A stretch of DNA of 64,000 nucleotides, from NCBI GenBank assembly GCA_025363435.1, contig JANYDY010000042.1:5323-69322 (forward strand). The letters are read 5' to 3'. The position numbers and the translations under genes were made by a program. The stretch comes from Betaproteobacteria bacterium. GTDB taxonomy: Bacteria; Pseudomonadota; Gammaproteobacteria; Burkholderiales; SG8-41. Shown here in pieces: positions 49,092-58,572 of the stretch; position 1 is the first letter of the stretch; every line of letters begins with the position of its first letter. The notes beneath the pieces are model-generated. The model saw only the letters and a list, made by a program, of their open reading frames with translations. It ran no database searches and was not told the origin of the DNA.

Positions 49092-50105
49092 TCAGTCCGC
49101 CATGCGCAGGTAGTTAAGCGCGCCCTTGAGACCGATTTTTGGATCGGTCACGATATGCAAGGGATAACGTCGCAGCAAATCAGCGAAGCGCCCCTTGTCG
49201 GTGAAGGCACGCATAAAACCGCCTTCGCCCAGTTTTGCCGCCATCTGCCGCGCAATGCCGCCGGCGATGTAGACGCCACCGCGCGACAGCGTGGCCAGCG
49301 CCATGTTGCCGACAAAGGCGCCATAAACATTGATAAACAAATCGAGCGCGCGCACCGCGAGCGGATCGAGTTTGCCGATTGCAAATTCAGAAATCGCCGC
49401 TGACTCGTCCTGCCGCTGCATTGCGTCGAGCAATTGCCGTGACGGTCTGGCGGCACCAGTGTCCTGCAGAAAACCGAAAATGCGCAGCAAGCCCGGCCCC
49501 GACACGATACGTTCATAAGAAACGCGCCCGAACGGTTTGCGCAAACTGGCGAGCAGCGCGTCCTGCGTCGCATCGAGCGGCGCAAAGTCGGCGTGACCGG
49601 CCTCCGACGAATGCACGGCGTAGCCGTCGTCCTGCCAGTTCAATATGCAGACGCCAAGCCCGGTGCCGGCGCCAACAACGAGGCGCGTGCCATGCGGCTG
49701 CGCCACGGCGCGCTGCAACGTCACGACATCGTGTTCACCCAGGCTCGCAATGCCATAACCGACTGCGGCGAAGTCGTTGAGCAGGCGTACTTCGGGAATC
49801 TTGTAGCGCGCGCTCAGTGCCGATGCATCGATCTGCCAATCAAGATTGGTCATCAAGCAAATGCCGCTTTCCACCGGCCCGGCCACGGAAAAACAGGCCG
49901 CCGCAACGTTCGTAGCGCTGATGCCGGCATCGACAAACAACTGGTCGAGCAGCGCGTCAAAGCTGGTGAATGAGCCGCTGCGATACAAACCTTCATGCAC
50001 ACCGCGCATCACGCCGTCCTGCTCGACATACAACTCGAGCAGTGATTTTGTGCCGCCGATGTCACCGAGCAGTGTATAAGTTTGCCGCATCCCGTCAACG
50101 CTCAT
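49092..50105 (-). CDS. glk: glucokinase
   Basis: LLGDIGGTKSLL ATP-binding N-terminus, LNDFAAVGYG and VVGAGTGLG motifs. Start overlaps the stop of the upstream GGDEF-EAL gene (ATGA). Confidence 0.85.
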   Translation of the reverse strand: MSVDGMRQTYTLLGDIGGTKSLLELYVEQDGVMRGVHEGLYRSGSFTSFDALLDQLFVDAGISATNVAAACFSVAGPVESGICLMTNLDWQIDASALSARYKIPEVRLLNDFAAVGYGIASLGEHDVVTLQRAVAQPHGTRLVVGAGTGLGVCILNWQDDGYAVHSSEAGHADFAPLDATQDALLASLRKPFGRVSYERIVSGPGLLRIFGFLQDTGAARPSRQLLDAMQRQDESAAISEFAIGKLDPLAVRALDLFINVYGAFVGNMALATLSRGGVYIAGGIARQMAAKLGEGGFMRAFTDKGRFADLLRRYPLHIVTDPKIGLKGALNYLRMAD

Positions 50106-52042
50106 GCCGGTTCCAGCACTACGGGCTCCGCTGCGGCCGGCGCCAGAAGGGCCGACGGTTTGGAAATGAAGTAACCCTGCGCATAGTCAACGCCGATGCT
50201 GCGCAGCCGTTCAAGAATACTTTCGTCTTCCACGTATTCGGCAACGGTCTTCAGGCCGAGGCTGTGCGCAATCCGGTTGATCGCTTCGACAATCGCCTGA
50301 TCCATCGGGTCCGACATCATGCCGCGCACGAACACACCGTCTATCTTGATGTAATCGACCGGCAGATATTTGAGATAAGCGAACGACGACATGCCGATGC
50401 CGAAATCATCGAGCGCAAAGCGGCAGCCCAGCATTTTCAATTCATGCATCAAGGCGGCGGCCTTCGACAGATTGGCGATGGCGGTGGTTTCGGTCACTTC
50501 AAAACACAAAAGACCGCGCGGCAGATTGAAACGGTTGAGCAATTGGCGAATGAAATCGGTGAAGCTCGCATCGTTGATGCTCGCCCCCGACAGATTGACC
50601 GCATAAAACGCCGTCGTCGGCTGGCCGGCATCGCGTGGAATCGCGCCGCTCTCGCACTGCCCGGCGAGAAATTCGACCAGAGAACTGATCACCCAGCGTT
50701 CGATTGAACTCAATAGATTGTAGCGCTCGGCCGTCGGCATGAAGCCGCTGGGCGGCACCGGATGCCCGCTGCGATCGAGCATGCGCACGAGAATTTCGTA
50801 GTGCGGCGTATCGCCGTCGGCAGCATTCAGCGCAACGATTTCCTGACGATAAAGCCGGAAGTTGCCGAGCTCAAAAGCGTGATTGATCTGTGACACCATG
50901 CTTAATGCAGTGTTCTGCTCTCCCTCGCCTTGATGTTTGGGTTTGTAGACCTGCACGCGGTCGCGCCCCTTGCTCTTGGCTTCATAACAAATACGGTCGG
51001 CGGTAACCATTACGCGCTCCGGCGATTCGAGGCCGTCGAGACCCACGAGCCCCGCACTGACGCCAACACCGAAGGTCTTGTCCTCCCAGACGAAGCGGAA
51101 CTCGCGCACCGCTTCGCGCATGCCGTTGGCAATGCGTACCGCCTGCTCGAGCGGACAGGTTTCCAGCAACACACCGAATTCGTCACCGCCCAGGCGCGCC
51201 AGTGTATCGCTGCCGCGCATGCGCGTTTGCATTACGGTCGACAACTGGCGCAGCATTTCGTCGCCCGCGGCGTGGCCGCAAGTGTCGTTAACGGTTTTGA
51301 AATTATCAAGATCGAGATAGAGCAAGGCGTGTTGCTGGCTGTCATTGCGCGCCGACGTCACCAGCTCAGTCAGGCGTCGTTCGAATTCACGCCGGTTGAT
51401 CAGCCCGGTCAGCGAGTCGTGGCTGGCCTGCCACGACAATTGCTGCGCCATCTGCTCGATCTGGCTGACGTCGTGGAACACCACCACCCAGCCGACCAGA
51501 TTGCCTACTGCGTTGTGGATCGCCGCCGAAGAATCTCGAATCGCGCACGAAGTGCCGTCGCGCCGCATCAACAGCGTAGCGATGCCGCTGCCGCCGCGCG
51601 CGCCTTTTTCATCACCGCCCGGGTGCGGCAGCGGCGCGCCGGTCTTGTCGTCTACCACGCGATACACCACGTCGAGCGGTTGACCGTGCGCATCGGCAGT
51701 CGTCCAGCCGGTGTATTGTTCTGCAACCGGGTTCATCACGTCGATGCAGCCGTCGGCGCGCACCGTGATGACACCGTCGCCGATCGAACGCAGCGTTACC
51801 TCCGCCAGTTCCTTGGCATCGCGCAAGGCGTCTTCGCTGCCGATCACATTGCGCAAGACGAATTGCGCAGCAACGCCGCCGATCAAAATGGCGAGCAAAC
51901 CTGCGGCGGCAATTACTGCGTCGTACACGCCGGCAGGCCCGCTGCGCGACAGCGCAAGCAAGGTCACGGCGAGCACCAGCGCGAGCAGACCACCGAAGCC
52001 GGCGGTCAATACCCAGTGCGAGGAAAGCGGACGTTTAAACAC
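50102..52042 (-). CDS. membrane-anchored PAS-GGDEF-EAL c-di-GMP turnover protein
   Basis: Two N-terminal TM segments, a PAS region (SIGDGVITV...), an intact GGDEF (RLGGDEFGVLL) and an EAL domain (FEVTETTAI...DDFGIGMSSFAYLK). Confidence 0.9.
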   Translation of the reverse strand: MFKRPLSSHWVLTAGFGGLLALVLAVTLLALSRSGPAGVYDAVIAAAGLLAILIGGVAAQFVLRNVIGSEDALRDAKELAEVTLRSIGDGVITVRADGCIDVMNPVAEQYTGWTTADAHGQPLDVVYRVVDDKTGAPLPHPGGDEKGARGGSGIATLLMRRDGTSCAIRDSSAAIHNAVGNLVGWVVVFHDVSQIEQMAQQLSWQASHDSLTGLINRREFERRLTELVTSARNDSQQHALLYLDLDNFKTVNDTCGHAAGDEMLRQLSTVMQTRMRGSDTLARLGGDEFGVLLETCPLEQAVRIANGMREAVREFRFVWEDKTFGVGVSAGLVGLDGLESPERVMVTADRICYEAKSKGRDRVQVYKPKHQGEGEQNTALSMVSQINHAFELGNFRLYRQEIVALNAADGDTPHYEILVRMLDRSGHPVPPSGFMPTAERYNLLSSIERWVISSLVEFLAGQCESGAIPRDAGQPTTAFYAVNLSGASINDASFTDFIRQLLNRFNLPRGLLCFEVTETTAIANLSKAAALMHELKMLGCRFALDDFGIGMSSFAYLKYLPVDYIKIDGVFVRGMMSDPMDQAIVEAINRIAHSLGLKTVAEYVEDESILERLRSIGVDYAQGYFISKPSALLAPAAAEPVVLEPA

Positions 52043-52080
52043 GGCGCAAGCTTAACCGATTAGCCCTTTAAATTACATGC

Positions 52081-52863
52081 TCAATCGCGCGAGCGGATGC
52101 TGTTTCGCGCGAGCGGATGCTGTTTATAGAACTGCTGAAGCTGAGCATATATCTCAGGGTAATCAGCGTGCACCACTGCAGGAATTTCGAAAAAAGCTTC
52201 GCTTAAAACCGCAAAAAACTCGGCCGGAGACTCCGCCGCGTACGGATCGATGCGGGTTTCCTCATCAGCCTCGACGCGGCGGCAGAAATCGGAGTATGCC
52301 GCCTCAAACGCACCGACCCAGTCGCGCCGGTTCATGCCGGCATGCAAAGGCGGAAAACCATTGGCGTCGCCGTTCAACATATCGAGTTTGTGCGCAAATT
52401 CGTGGATCACCACATTGACGCCTTCGCCGCCGGCGCGCGGCGCCACATCGGCCCACGACAGAATCAGCGGCCCCTGCAGCCAGGCCTCGCCGGCACGCGG
52501 CGCGTGATCGGTATGCACAATACCGTCTTCATCCACATATTCCATGGTCGGCACGAATTCGTCTGGATACACGATGACCTCGACCCAGCCGGCGTAATAA
52601 TCGATATCGAGATTCAAAATGAGAATGCAGGCCTGCGCGGCGATCAGCAGCGGCATCGCGGCATCGAGCACCAGCCCGCCCGCGCCGTGTATCGATTTAT
52701 CGTGCAGAAAAAGAATGACGGTCTGCCGCAGCCGTTCGTTCTCTGCGGGCGTTAGGTCGCGCAGAAACGGCAGTTGCGCGAGAGTCTGCTGCCATAGCGC
52801 CGGGTCGAGTCCGGCGCGCTCGATAATGCGCCGGCGGCGCCAGCGTCTGAACGCTTCGAACAT
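52081..52863 (-). CDS. mtfA: MtfA-like zinc-dependent peptidase (M90 / Mlc titration factor A family)
   Basis: 260 aa with the HEFAHKLD metalloprotease motif in an MtfA-like context. The 3' end contains a tandem duplication (see repeat 52086..52125). Confidence 0.8.
   Translation of the reverse strand: MFEAFRRWRRRRIIERAGLDPALWQQTLAQLPFLRDLTPAENERLRQTVILFLHDKSIHGAGGLVLDAAMPLLIAAQACILILNLDIDYYAGWVEVIVYPDEFVPTMEYVDEDGIVHTDHAPRAGEAWLQGPLILSWADVAPRAGGEGVNVVIHEFAHKLDMLNGDANGFPPLHAGMNRRDWVGAFEAAYSDFCRRVEADEETRIDPYAAESPAEFFAVLSEAFFEIPAVVHADYPEIYAQLQQFYKQHPLARNSIRSRD
52086..52125. repeat. perfect 20-bp x 2 tandem direct repeat inside the last codons of mtfA
   Basis: cgcgcgagcggatgctgttt occurs at 52086..52105 and again at 52106..52125. 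Confidence 0.95.
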
Positions 52864-52889
52864 GCAGCGTTAGCCCGCCACTGCCCCGC

Positions 52890-54128
52890 TCATTGCGGTG
52901 CGCCGGGAAGCGCCTTGACCGCCTCGCCTTCTTCCAGTTCGACGCGTTCGATTTTCGCGAAGCGCTCGCTGATCTTGCGACTGCTAACGTGCACTTCATC
53001 GACATCGTTCTTGGCTTGCTCAATGTGGCGTGCCAGATTATCCATACGCGACTGAAAGCGCCCGAAATCCGCACCCAGCTTGCCGAGTTCGTCCTGTATG
53101 ACGTGCACCTGTTTGCGCATCTCGACGTCGCGGATCACCGCGCGCGCCGTGTTGAGTATGGCCATTAGCGTCGTCGGCGAAGTAATCCAGACGCGGCGCG
53201 CCAGTGCGTATTCGACCAGATCGCGGTGCCGCGCGTGAATCTCGGCGAACACCGCCTCCGCCGGCAGAAACATCACTGCGCCGTCGCCGGTCTCGCCGGG
53301 CACGATGTATTTACCCGAGATGTCGTCGATATGCTTTTTTACGTCGGCCTTGAACGCCGCCGCGCTCGTGCGTTCAGCGCCTTCGGCAAACATGCGCTCG
53401 TAGTTTTCGAGAGGAAATTTCGAATCCACCGCCAGCATGCCGGTCGGCGGCGGCAGCTTCAGCACGCAGTCGGCACGCACGCCGCGCGCCAGCGTGTACT
53501 GAAACTCGAAGGCCGACTCGGGCAAGGCATTGCGCACGATCGCTTCAAGCTGCACTTCGCCGAAAGCACCGCGCGAGCGTTTGTCGCCGAGTATCTCCTG
53601 CAGACTGACCACGCTGCCAGTCAGCGTCTCGATTTTTTTTTGCGCCTCGTCTATGGTGGCAAGCCGCGTCATCACATTAGTGAAGGTTTCGTTGGTCTTC
53701 TTGAAACCTTCATCAAGGCGCTCGTTGACCTTGCCGGCGATCAGCGCCAACTGCTCGTCGATCTTGCCGGTCAGCGCCTGCGTCGTGAGCGCAAGTTTTT
53801 CGAGCATCGTTTCGCGGCTATGGCCCAGCGTCTCGGTCAGCGTCAGTTGCAATTTATGCAAAGTGTCGCGCGTTTGCTTCAATTCCTCGGCGGTCGATGC
53901 ACGCAATCGATCGGAGTTATCGGTCAACGCCACGTTCAGGCGGTCGCCCTGCTGCGTCAGGCCCGAATGCAGATCGGCCAGCATACCGCGATGGCGTTCG
54001 TCGAAACCCGCCGCCAGCGACGCCGGCAGATCGTCGAGACGGCGCTGCAGCGCGCCGATGCGCCAAGCAAGCCAGCCGACGCCCAGCACAAGCAACGCAA
54101 TGATGATACCGCCGACGATTTCAGTCAT
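52890..54128 (-). CDS. rmuC: DNA recombination protein RmuC
   Basis: N-terminal TM, a long coiled-coil and a C-terminal RmuC nuclease-like domain (...AVMFLPAEAVFAE...VWITSPTTLMA...). Confidence 0.88.
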   Translation of the reverse strand: MTEIVGGIIIALLVLGVGWLAWRIGALQRRLDDLPASLAAGFDERHRGMLADLHSGLTQQGDRLNVALTDNSDRLRASTAEELKQTRDTLHKLQLTLTETLGHSRETMLEKLALTTQALTGKIDEQLALIAGKVNERLDEGFKKTNETFTNVMTRLATIDEAQKKIETLTGSVVSLQEILGDKRSRGAFGEVQLEAIVRNALPESAFEFQYTLARGVRADCVLKLPPPTGMLAVDSKFPLENYERMFAEGAERTSAAAFKADVKKHIDDISGKYIVPGETGDGAVMFLPAEAVFAEIHARHRDLVEYALARRVWITSPTTLMAILNTARAVIRDVEMRKQVHVIQDELGKLGADFGRFQSRMDNLARHIEQAKNDVDEVHVSSRKISERFAKIERVELEEGEAVKALPGAPQ

Positions 54129-54162
54129 ACACTACCCGCAGAACAATCGACGCATTCTACAT

Positions 54163-56643
54163 TCATGCGTCGCGCAAAGCAGCCAGCGGCGGCGTATTCA
54201 ACACCGCGCGCGCGGCGGCACGCAGATTCACGCCCAGACAGGCCAGCCCCAGCAGCGGGCCGATCAGCCATACCCAGTGGTTGATCTGATAGGGAAATTG
54301 AAACACCTTCTGCGCGATCAGCCAGCCGATAGCCGTCGCGCCTACCGCCGCCAGCAGGCCGGCAAGCAATCCCAGCACAGCGAATTCAGCGCGCTGCGAC
54401 GCCAGCACTTGCCGCCGCGACGCGCCCAGCGCGCGCATCACCGCTGCTTCGCGCACGCGTTCGTCGCGCGTAGCGAGCAACGCCGCGTACAACACCAGAA
54501 CGCCGGAACCCACCGCGAACAGGAATATGAACTGCACCGCACGCACCAGCTGCCCGACTAGATCCTGCGCCTGTTTGAGCAGAGCGCTCATATCGACCAG
54601 CGTCAGGTTCGGAAAACGCCGCGACAGTTGTTGCGTCACCCCGGTTTTGTCCGGCGGCAGATGAAAACTGGTGATAAAACTGGTCGCCGCTTTTTCGAGC
54701 AGTGAAGGCGTCGATATGACGAAGAAATTCACGCGCATCGAATCCCAGTCAAGCTTGCGGATGCCGACAATCGGCGCGCTGAAATTTTCTCCCGCCACCT
54801 GCCAGGTCAGCATGTCGCCGAGTTTCCAGCCGAGTGTGCGCGCAATGCCGTCCTCGACCGACAGTCCGCCGCGCGCCAGATCGCCGGTTTCGAAACCGCG
54901 CCCCGCCGTCAATGCATTGTGCGGCGGCAGCGTTTCCATATAAGAAAGGTTGAACTCGCGCTCGACCATGCGCCGCGCGCGCTCTTCGAAGCCCTCGCCG
55001 CTGACCGCCTTGCCGTTCAACGCCACGTAACGTCCGCGCACCATTGGATAGATTTCCGGTTGCTGCAGACCGTTTGCCGTAAAAAATTCCGCCAGCAAGA
55101 CACGCTGATCGGGCTGAATGTTGACGATGAAACGGTTCGGTGCATCCGGTGGAATTTTCGACTGCCAGGTCGCCAGCAAATCGCCGCGCGTAAACGTCAG
55201 CAGCAGAATGGTCGTTAAACCGATCGCCAGCGCCAGCACCTGCACTGTGTTGGCACCGGCGCGGCGGCCGAGATTGGCCAGACCGAAACGCCAGGTCAAA
55301 CCGCTGGCACCGCTCGAACGCCCGAGCACGCGCAGCGCGCCCCATGCCACGGCGCCGAACAACGCAAACGCCGCGCAAAATCCACCGAACACAATCAGGC
55401 CCAGCTGCAATTCACCGGCCTGCCAGACCACCAGCCCGGCGAATGCGGCGAGGCCGACACCATAGGCCAGCAGCGACGACTGCCGCGCCGGCCCGAGTTC
55501 GCGCCGCAGCACGCGCAACGCCGGCACGTTCTTCAACTGCAGCAACGGCGGCAGCGCAAAACCGAGCAGCAGCACAATGCCGACCGCGCAGCCTTGAAGC
55601 GCCGGCAACAACGTTGGCGCCGGCAACTGCACCTTGATCAAGTCGCCGATCATCCAGACGATCACCGTCTGCCCGGCGTAACCGCCCGCCGCACCGAGCA
55701 ATGACGCCAGCACGCCGAGCAGCGCGAATTCGCGCAGCAGCAAGGACAATAATCCGGCCTGCGTCGCGCCGAGGCAGCGCATCACCGCATAACCGTCGAG
55801 ATGCCGCTTGATGTAATACTGCGCGCCGAGCGCGATCGCCACTGCCGCCAATATCACCGCCAGCAGCGCGGCGAGGCTGACGAACTGGCCGGCGCGATCG
55901 AGCGTGCTGCGAATTTCCGGCCGCGCGTGCGTCAGGCTCTGCAGCGTTTCGCCGCGCCCGAGCTTCGCCGCCATCGCTTTCTCGAACGCTTCTGCATCCA
56001 CGCGCTCGCCGGCCGCAAGCAAGTGATAAGTGACGCGGCTGCCGGTTTGCACCAGGCCCGTCGCCGCGACATCGTCGACGCGCATCATCAGCCGCGGCGC
56101 AAAGTTGAAGAACGAGGCGCCGCGGTCCGGCTCCAGCGTCAGGATTGCGCCGACTTTGAATGTGCTGTTGCCAAGCTCAAGGCGGTCGCCGACGGCGACA
56201 GCGAACACGCCGGCCATGCGTTCATCGACCCACACCTCGCCCGTCGCCGGCAGCGCATCGGTTATTGCATCGGCAACGCCCGGCGCCGGCGCGATGCGCA
56301 GCTTGCCGCGCAACGGATAACCGTCGGCGACGGCTTTCACCGCCACCAGCTGCGCCTCGCTGGCGGTGCGCGCCATGCTGGTGAAGCTCATGCTCTCGGT
56401 GAGTTTCAGTCCGCTCGCGATGACTGCGTCGCGCGTCGCCTGCTGCCACGGATGGTCCGACACCAGCACGACGTCGCCGCCGAGCAGTTGATGCGCCTCG
56501 CGCGTCAGCGCCTGTTGCAGGCGGTCGGCAAAAAACCCGACGCTGGTGACGCTGACCACCGCAATCACCAGCGCGATCGCCAGCACACGCAGTTCGCCCG
56601 CGCGCCAGTCGCGCCACAACATGGTTAGCGCCAGTCGCGTCAT
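54163..56643 (-). CDS. FtsX-family ABC transporter permease (YbbP-like, duplicated FtsX domains)
   Basis: 826-aa polytopic protein. 4-nt overlap with the upstream ATPase gene. Confidence 0.85.
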   Translation of the reverse strand: MTRLALTMLWRDWRAGELRVLAIALVIAVVSVTSVGFFADRLQQALTREAHQLLGGDVVLVSDHPWQQATRDAVIASGLKLTESMSFTSMARTASEAQLVAVKAVADGYPLRGKLRIAPAPGVADAITDALPATGEVWVDERMAGVFAVAVGDRLELGNSTFKVGAILTLEPDRGASFFNFAPRLMMRVDDVAATGLVQTGSRVTYHLLAAGERVDAEAFEKAMAAKLGRGETLQSLTHARPEIRSTLDRAGQFVSLAALLAVILAAVAIALGAQYYIKRHLDGYAVMRCLGATQAGLLSLLLREFALLGVLASLLGAAGGYAGQTVIVWMIGDLIKVQLPAPTLLPALQGCAVGIVLLLGFALPPLLQLKNVPALRVLRRELGPARQSSLLAYGVGLAAFAGLVVWQAGELQLGLIVFGGFCAAFALFGAVAWGALRVLGRSSGASGLTWRFGLANLGRRAGANTVQVLALAIGLTTILLLTFTRGDLLATWQSKIPPDAPNRFIVNIQPDQRVLLAEFFTANGLQQPEIYPMVRGRYVALNGKAVSGEGFEERARRMVEREFNLSYMETLPPHNALTAGRGFETGDLARGGLSVEDGIARTLGWKLGDMLTWQVAGENFSAPIVGIRKLDWDSMRVNFFVISTPSLLEKAATSFITSFHLPPDKTGVTQQLSRRFPNLTLVDMSALLKQAQDLVGQLVRAVQFIFLFAVGSGVLVLYAALLATRDERVREAAVMRALGASRRQVLASQRAEFAVLGLLAGLLAAVGATAIGWLIAQKVFQFPYQINHWVWLIGPLLGLACLGVNLRAAARAVLNTPPLAALRDA

Positions 56644-57314
56644 ACCGTTTTTCCGCCGGCCAGCCGGATTACGCGCGAGCAGCGCTGCGCCAGCACGTCG
56701 TCGTGCGTGACGAGGATCAGCGTGGTACCGCGTTCGGCATTGAGTTCGAACAACCGATTGATGACGTCGGCGCCGGTGACGGCATCGAGATTGCCGGTCG
56801 GCTCGTCGGCCAGCAGCAGTTGCGGCTGCATGACAAAGGCGCGCGCCAGCGCCACACGCTGCTGCTCGCCGCCGGACAGCGTTTTCGGATAATGGCGCAG
56901 CCGTTCACCGAGCCCGACCCGGCGCAACATCGCCTCCGCCGCGGCGGCTGCATGCACCGCCCCGGAGAGTTCCAGCGGCAGCATGACGTTTTCGAGTGCG
57001 TTCAACGCCGGCAGCAATTGAAACGACTGGAACACGAAACCCAGCAGCCTGGCACGCAGCGCGGCACGGCCGTCTTCATCGAGTGCAAACAGATTTTCGC
57101 CGGCGAGCGTCACCGTCCCCGCACTGGGAACATCCAACCCCGCCAGCAGTCCAAGCAACGTAGATTTACCCGAACCCGAGGCGCCGACGATCGCCACTGC
57201 CTCGCCGGGCATGACCTCAAGGCCGATATCCTGCAAAATGACGAGCGACTGCGCGCCATTGGCCACGCTCTTGCAGAGGCCGCGCGCGGCAATGATCGGT
57301 GACGGATTATTCAT
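56640..57314 (-). CDS. ABC transporter ATP-binding protein (YbbA-like)
   Basis: GASGSGKSTLL, LSGGEQQRVALARA and LLLADEPTGNLD motifs. ATG 57314 preferred (MNNPSPIIAARGLCK...). Confidence 0.9.
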   Translation of the reverse strand: MNNPSPIIAARGLCKSVANGAQSLVILQDIGLEVMPGEAVAIVGASGSGKSTLLGLLAGLDVPSAGTVTLAGENLFALDEDGRAALRARLLGFVFQSFQLLPALNALENVMLPLELSGAVHAAAAAEAMLRRVGLGERLRHYPKTLSGGEQQRVALARAFVMQPQLLLADEPTGNLDAVTGADVINRLFELNAERGTTLILVTHDDVLAQRCSRVIRLAGGKTV

Positions 57315-57927
57315 GTTGATTGGAGTTCTTCTGATTGCAATCACGCTGCTGGGTTCCGCGCTGGCACAGGCGGCGCCCGTGATACTGGTGTTTGGTGACA
57401 GTTTGTCGGCGGCCTACGGCATCCGCCAGCAGGACGGCTGGGTCGCGCTGCTGCAACAGCGTCTGCGGCAGCAACGCAGCGATTATAACGTGGTCAATGC
57501 CAGCGTCAGCGGCGAAACCTCCAGCGGCGGCGCCGCGCGCATCGCCGCCACACTCGCCATGCACAAACCGGCCATCACCATCATCGAGCTCGGCGCCAAC
57601 GACGGCCTGCGCGGCCTGCCGGCCAAACAGATGTCCGACAATCTCTCCGCCAGCGTGCACGCCGCGCAGAAAGCCGGCAGCCGCGTGCTGCTGGTCGGCA
57701 TGCGCCTGCCGCCCAACTACGGCGCGCAGTACACGCAGGAATACGAAAAAGCGTTCTCGAATCTCGCACGACGACACAGGATTGCATTTGTGCCTTTCCT
57801 GCTCGAAGGCGTGGCGAACAAACGCGAACTGATACAGGACGACAATCTGCATCCGAATGCCGCGGGACAGCCGTTGATACTGGAAACGGTGTGGAAAGGA
57901 CTCGCGCCGTTGCTTGGCAAGCGTTGA
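57313..57927 (+). CDS. tesA: SGNH/GDSL arylesterase - acyl-CoA thioesterase I (TesA-like)
   Basis: Signal peptide MLIGVLLIAITLLGSALAQA, then VFGDSLSAAYG (GDSL block), GANDGLRG and DNLHPN blocks. Confidence 0.85.
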   Translation: MLIGVLLIAITLLGSALAQAAPVILVFGDSLSAAYGIRQQDGWVALLQQRLRQQRSDYNVVNASVSGETSSGGAARIAATLAMHKPAITIIELGANDGLRGLPAKQMSDNLSASVHAAQKAGSRVLLVGMRLPPNYGAQYTQEYEKAFSNLARRHRIAFVPFLLEGVANKRELIQDDNLHPNAAGQPLILETVWKGLAPLLGKR

Positions 57928-57983
57928 GGGATGGCGCCCGGGTTAAAGAAGTTATGCAAAATCAGCCTGGTATTTTTCACATT

Positions 57984-58032
57984 TTGGCAGGTAATTTTTG
58001 GCAACTAATATTTGCCACCTAAATTTTGCCAA
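57984..58032. promoter_or_regulatory. nested dyad TTGGCA-N8-TTGGCA-N9-TGCCA-N9-TGCCAA (operator-like) upstream of the MOSC gene
   Basis: Half-sites at 57984-89, 57998-58003, 58013-17 and 58027-32, symmetric about 58008, each pair 14 bp apart. Lies in an AT-rich stretch 14 bp upstream of ATG 58046. Confidence 0.45.
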
Positions 58033-58045
58033 CCAATTAATAGTT

Positions 58046-58522
58046 ATGCGTCAGGAGACCACGGTGATCGTTGAGCGCATCTTCGTTAGCCCAAAGCGCG
58101 GTGTGGCGCAAGTGGAGTGTGAGCACATCACGGTCCAAAGCGGAATGGGAGTGCTAGGTGACCGAAACTTTGGAAAACGTACTTACCCGGGCCAAAACCT
58201 CACTTTGGTCGAGGCTGAAGAGATTGAACTCTTCTGTGCGGAGCATTCGCGCGCCTCTGAACTGTCGCTCACGCGCCGAAACCTTGTTACCCGAGGCGTG
58301 AGACTAAACGATCTTGTGAATATGGAATTCACAATCGGCACTGTGAAGTTGCGCGGTGTAGAGCTTTGCGAACCATGCATCCTTCTTGGCAAAAATCTGA
58401 GTAGTGAGTCACTTGATCCAGCCTCTGTCATCAAGCACTGGGGCGGCCGCGGCGGTTTGCGGGCAGACATACTCACCAATGGAGAAATCGTTCGTGGAGA
58501 CCGCATTGAAACTGACGCATAA
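58046..58522 (+). CDS. MOSC-domain protein (molybdenum cofactor sulfurase C-terminal-like)
   Basis: ...GVLGDRNFG...NLVTRGVRLNDLV...FTIGTVKLRGVELCEPC... is typical of a MOSC beta-barrel with the conserved Cys. The start could instead be GTG 58064, which has an AGGAG RBS 6 nt upstream. Confidence 0.75.
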   Translation: MRQETTVIVERIFVSPKRGVAQVECEHITVQSGMGVLGDRNFGKRTYPGQNLTLVEAEEIELFCAEHSRASELSLTRRNLVTRGVRLNDLVNMEFTIGTVKLRGVELCEPCILLGKNLSSESLDPASVIKHWGGRGGLRADILTNGEIVRGDRIETDA

Positions 58523-58532
58523 CCCCTCCGTG

Positions 58533-58572
58533 GAGCCGACCCTCCAAGAGCTACGCTCTTTCGGGGCGGCTC
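58533..58572. terminator. long imperfect hairpin between convergent MOSC and MFS genes (possible bidirectional terminator or REP)
   Basis: GAGCCGACCC (58533-42) pairs with GGGGCGGCTC (58563-72) with one mismatch. It encloses an inner hairpin AAGAGC-tac-GCTCTT (58546-60). No strong T-run. Confidence 0.4.

Noticed and set aside
53226-54561. Two long + strand ORFs (352 and 343 aa)
   Set aside because: Both are antisense or out-of-frame shadows of rmuC and the FtsX permease gene. They are Arg/Gln/His-rich with no motifs.
57984-58020. Sigma-54 (-24/-12) promoter suggested by TGGCA...TTGC strings
   Set aside because: In each candidate the spacing between the GG and GC dinucleotides is 2-3 nt longer than the strict TGGCAC-N5-TTGC geometry. 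The pattern is better described as a nested dyad.
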